Shown here: positions 21,724 through 24,000 of the stretch, piece by piece | Layout of the letters: each line of letters starts with the position of its first letter | Position numbering within the stretch: the first letter of the stretch is position 1 | Origin: an uncultured Solirubrobacteraceae bacterium | GTDB taxonomy: Bacteria > Actinomycetota > Thermoleophilia > Solirubrobacterales > Solirubrobacteraceae | Reading direction: 5' to 3' | Assembly (NCBI GenBank): GCA_963805525.1 | Contig: CAWDUT010000005.1 | Coordinates: 59,824 to 83,823 of the forward strand | Length of the DNA: 24,000 nucleotides | The notes under the pieces: model-generated | Databases searched by the model: none | The model's input: the letters and a program-made list of their open reading frames with translations, nothing else | Told to the model about the DNA's origin: nothing | Program-made: the position numbers and the translations under genes

Positions 21724-22698
21724 ATGCGATTGCTGGTCACCGGGAGCGCCGGACACCTGGGCGAGGCGCTGATGCGCGTGCTCGGCGCGGAGGGCCACGA
21801 CGTGGTCGGGCTCGACGTCCTGGCCTCGCCCTACACGCACCTCGTCGGCTCGATCGCCGACCGCGCCGTTGTGCGCGCGGCGATGGAGGGCACCGACGCC
21901 GTCCTGCACGCCGCGACGCTGCACAAGCCCCACGTCGGCTCGCACGACCGCCGCGCGTTCGTGGACACGAACATCACCGGCACGCTGAACCTGCTCGAGG
22001 AGGCGATGGCGGCCGGCGCCTCGCGCTTCGTCTTCACCAGCACCACGAGCGCGTTCGGCCGCGCGCTCACGCCGCCGCCGGGCGCGCCCGCGGCCTGGAT
22101 CACGGAGGACGTCGCGCCCGTGCCGCGCAACATCTACGGCGCCACCAAGACCGCCGCCGAGGACCTCTGCGAGCTCGTCCACCGCGACCACGGGCTGCCG
22201 TGCCTGATCCTGCGCACCTCACGCTTCTTCCCCGAGGAGGACGACCGCGACGACGTCCGCTCCGCCTACCCGGACGCGAACCTCAAGGTCAACGAGCTGC
22301 TCTACCGCCGGGTCGATCTCGAGGACGTCGTGAGCGCCCACCGCTGCGCGCTCGAGCGCGCAGCGGAGCTCGGCTTCGGCCGCTACATCGTGAGCGCCAC
22401 CACGCCCTTCACCCGCGACGACCTCGCCGAGCTGCGCGCCGACGCCGCCGCGGTCGTGCAGCGGCGCTTTCCCGAGGCCGCCGCGCTCTACGAGCGGCTC
22501 GGCTGGCGACTCTTCCCGGCGATCGAGCGGGTCTACGTCAACGCGCGCGCCCGCGAGGAGCTCGGCTGGGCGCCGCGCTGGGACTTCCAGCACGCGCTCG
22601 AGCGGCTGCAGGCCGGCGAGCCGCCGCGCAGCGAGCTCGCCGCCGCGGTCGGCGCCAAGGGCTACCACGCCGCGCCGACCGGGGTGTATACGCGCTAA
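21724..22698 (+). CDS. NAD-dependent epimerase/dehydratase family protein (extended SDR)
   Basis: MRLLVTGSAGHLGEALMRVL (GxxGxxG), TSTTSAFG, and YGATKTAAE (YxxxK). Its TAA (22696-22698) overlaps the stop of the convergent GGDEF gene (CTAA). Confidence 0.9.
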   Translation: MRLLVTGSAGHLGEALMRVLGAEGHDVVGLDVLASPYTHLVGSIADRAVVRAAMEGTDAVLHAATLHKPHVGSHDRRAFVDTNITGTLNLLEEAMAAGASRFVFTSTTSAFGRALTPPPGAPAAWITEDVAPVPRNIYGATKTAAEDLCELVHRDHGLPCLILRTSRFFPEEDDRDDVRSAYPDANLKVNELLYRRVDLEDVVSAHRCALERAAELGFGRYIVSATTPFTRDDLAELRADAAAVVQRRFPEAAALYERLGWRLFPAIERVYVNARAREELGWAPRWDFQHALERLQAGEPPRSELAAAVGAKGYHAAPTGVYTR

Positions 22699-24000
22699 CC
22701 GGCGCGGGCGATCGCGCCGCCGCCGCGGCTCTTCGCCTGGTACATCGCGGCGTCCGCGGCGCGCAGCAGCTCGTCGGGCTCGCGGCCCGTGCCGTCGAAC
22801 GGCGCGACCCCGAGGCTGAGCGACACGCCCGCGCCGTTGGCCTCGGACTCGATCGCGCCCTGGACGTGGTCGAGCAGCTCGAGCGCCACGCGGTCGGCCT
22901 CCTCCGCCCGCACGCGGCGCAGGATGACGCCGAACTCGTCGCCGCCGAGGCGGGCGGAGACGTCGCTCGTGCGCAGCCGTCCGCTCAGCGCGCGGCCGAC
23001 GCGCTGGATCACCGCGTCGCCCGCCGCGTGGCCGAGCGTGTCGTTGACCGCCTTGAAGTGGTCGAGGTCGAACAGCAGCACCGCGCCGCGCCCGCCGGCC
23101 GTCAGCTCGCGCGCGAGCTCCTCGTGGAAGCGCCGGCGGTTGAACAGCCCGCTCAGCGCGTCGTGGTCGGCGAGGTGGCGCAGCTGCTCCTCGCCGCGGC
23201 GGCGCGCGTCGATGTCCTGCATCTGCGAGATCCGGTACAGCGGCTCGCCGTCCTCGCCGCGCACGATCGAGGCGGTGAAGTCGATCCAGCGCACCTGCCC
23301 GGCGAGCCCGCGCAAGCGGAACTCGATCCGCATCACCGGCACCTCGCCGCGCTGCAGCCGCTCCAGCCCGTCGCGCACGAAGCCGACGTCGTCGACGTGC
23401 ACCAACTCCTGGAGCGAGTCGCTGCCGATGAGCTCGTCGCGCGACAGACCCGTGAGCTCGACGAGGGCCTCGTTGACCTCGAGGATGCGCCCGCCGCGCA
23501 CATCGACGAGCGCCATGCCGGTCGGCGAGTCCTCGAACGAGCGCCGGAAGCGCTCCTCGGCCTCGCGCACGCGCTGCTCCGCCTCGCGGCGGTCAGTCAC
23601 GTCGCGCGCGGCCGCGTAGATCAGGCCCTGCTCGGGGTCGAAGGCCGACGACCACTCGATCCAGCGGTAGCCGCCATCCTTGGTGAGATAGCGGTTGACG
23701 AGACGCTCGGGCCGATCGCCGGCCCGCAGCGCCGCGGCCGACTGCGCGGTGCGCTCGCGGTCGTCGGGGTGCACGAACTCCGAGAACGGCCTCGAGGTGA
23801 GCTCCTCACGCGACCAGCCCAGCGTCTCCTCCCACGCGCCGTTGAGCGCCACGAGGTGGCCGTCGGGGTCCGCGGTGCAGAGGAGGTCGCGCGAGAGCTC
23901 GAAATGGCGGGCCGCGGTGGCGGCCTGATCCGCGGTGGTGCGCAGCCGGTTCGCCATCCGCCCCGTGAGCCAGCCCACGACGACGAACGAGACCGTCCGC
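22695..24000 (-). CDS. PAS-PAS-GGDEF diguanylate cyclase; the N-terminus continues beyond the window end
   Basis: There are two PAS-like modules, then the GGDEF domain (ALSGLFNRRRFHEEL, LLFDLDHFKAVNDTLGHAAGD, RLGGDEFGVIL). The frame stays open to position 24000 (..TVSFVVVGWLTGR, hydrophobic), so the true start is probably outside the window. Confidence 0.9.
   Translation of the reverse strand, partial: RTVSFVVVGWLTGRMANRLRTTADQAATAARHFELSRDLLCTADPDGHLVALNGAWEETLGWSREELTSRPFSEFVHPDDRERTAQSAAALRAGDRPERLVNRYLTKDGGYRWIEWSSAFDPEQGLIYAAARDVTDRREAEQRVREAEERFRRSFEDSPTGMALVDVRGGRILEVNEALVELTGLSRDELIGSDSLQELVHVDDVGFVRDGLERLQRGEVPVMRIEFRLRGLAGQVRWIDFTASIVRGEDGEPLYRISQMQDIDARRRGEEQLRHLADHDALSGLFNRRRFHEELARELTAGGRGAVLLFDLDHFKAVNDTLGHAAGDAVIQRVGRALSGRLRTSDVSARLGGDEFGVILRRVRAEEADRVALELLDHVQGAIESEANGAGVSLSLGVAPFDGTGREPDELLRAADAAMYQAKSRGGGAIARAG

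Noticed and set aside
1-24000. Search for CRISPR arrays, IS elements or transposases, integrases, rRNA, and toxin-antitoxin or known defence-system genes.
   Set aside because: No regularly spaced repeats, terminal inverted repeats with a transposase ORF, or recognisable recombinase, nuclease or defence signatures were seen in any frame.

Overview
Very GC-rich, actinobacterial-type chromosomal window, densely coding on both strands. I recognised no rRNA, intact tRNA, CRISPR array, transposase or integrase.

Left part: the end of a LuxR-type regulator, a short frameshifted DUF2252 fragment, a DUF1269-like/DUF6325-like gene pair and a full-length DUF2252 gene.

Middle part: two 42-nt direct repeats (3395-3436 and 10816-10857, 41/42 identical) are the 3' half of a tRNA-Phe(GAA)-like gene. 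They bracket a 7.4-kb segment carrying two unrelated light sensors:
- A MerR-HTH/B12-binding CarH/LitR-type regulator with Wx9EH and ExHxxG motifs. Its C-terminus looks disrupted by two compensating frameshifts. It is divergent from a fasciclin gene (itself frameshifted near the start) across a near-palindromic array of 11-bp-phased T-N2-ACA repeats.
- A heliorhodopsin (Schiff-base Lys in SLVAKSALAW), divergent from an SDR / SRPBCC-fusion / methyltransferase operon.

Right part:
- A minus-strand operon of a PEP-synthase/rifampicin-phosphotransferase-like enzyme, preceded by a perfect GGGGGCTT-N5-AAGCCCCC palindrome. It is translationally coupled to a GAP/DUF2910-like membrane protein and followed by a NOX-like ferric-reductase flavocytochrome.
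- A PadR - lipoprotein - 991-aa secreted metzincin/VWA/Ig-repeat gene string.
- A PadR/MFS divergent promoter built from four 14-bp tandem repeats carrying ATGT-N8-ACAT motifs.
- A small secreted protein, an NAD-dependent epimerase, and a PAS-PAS-GGDEF cyclase running off the window.

All functional calls rest on my own reading of the translated ORFs and on remembered family signatures, not on database searches.
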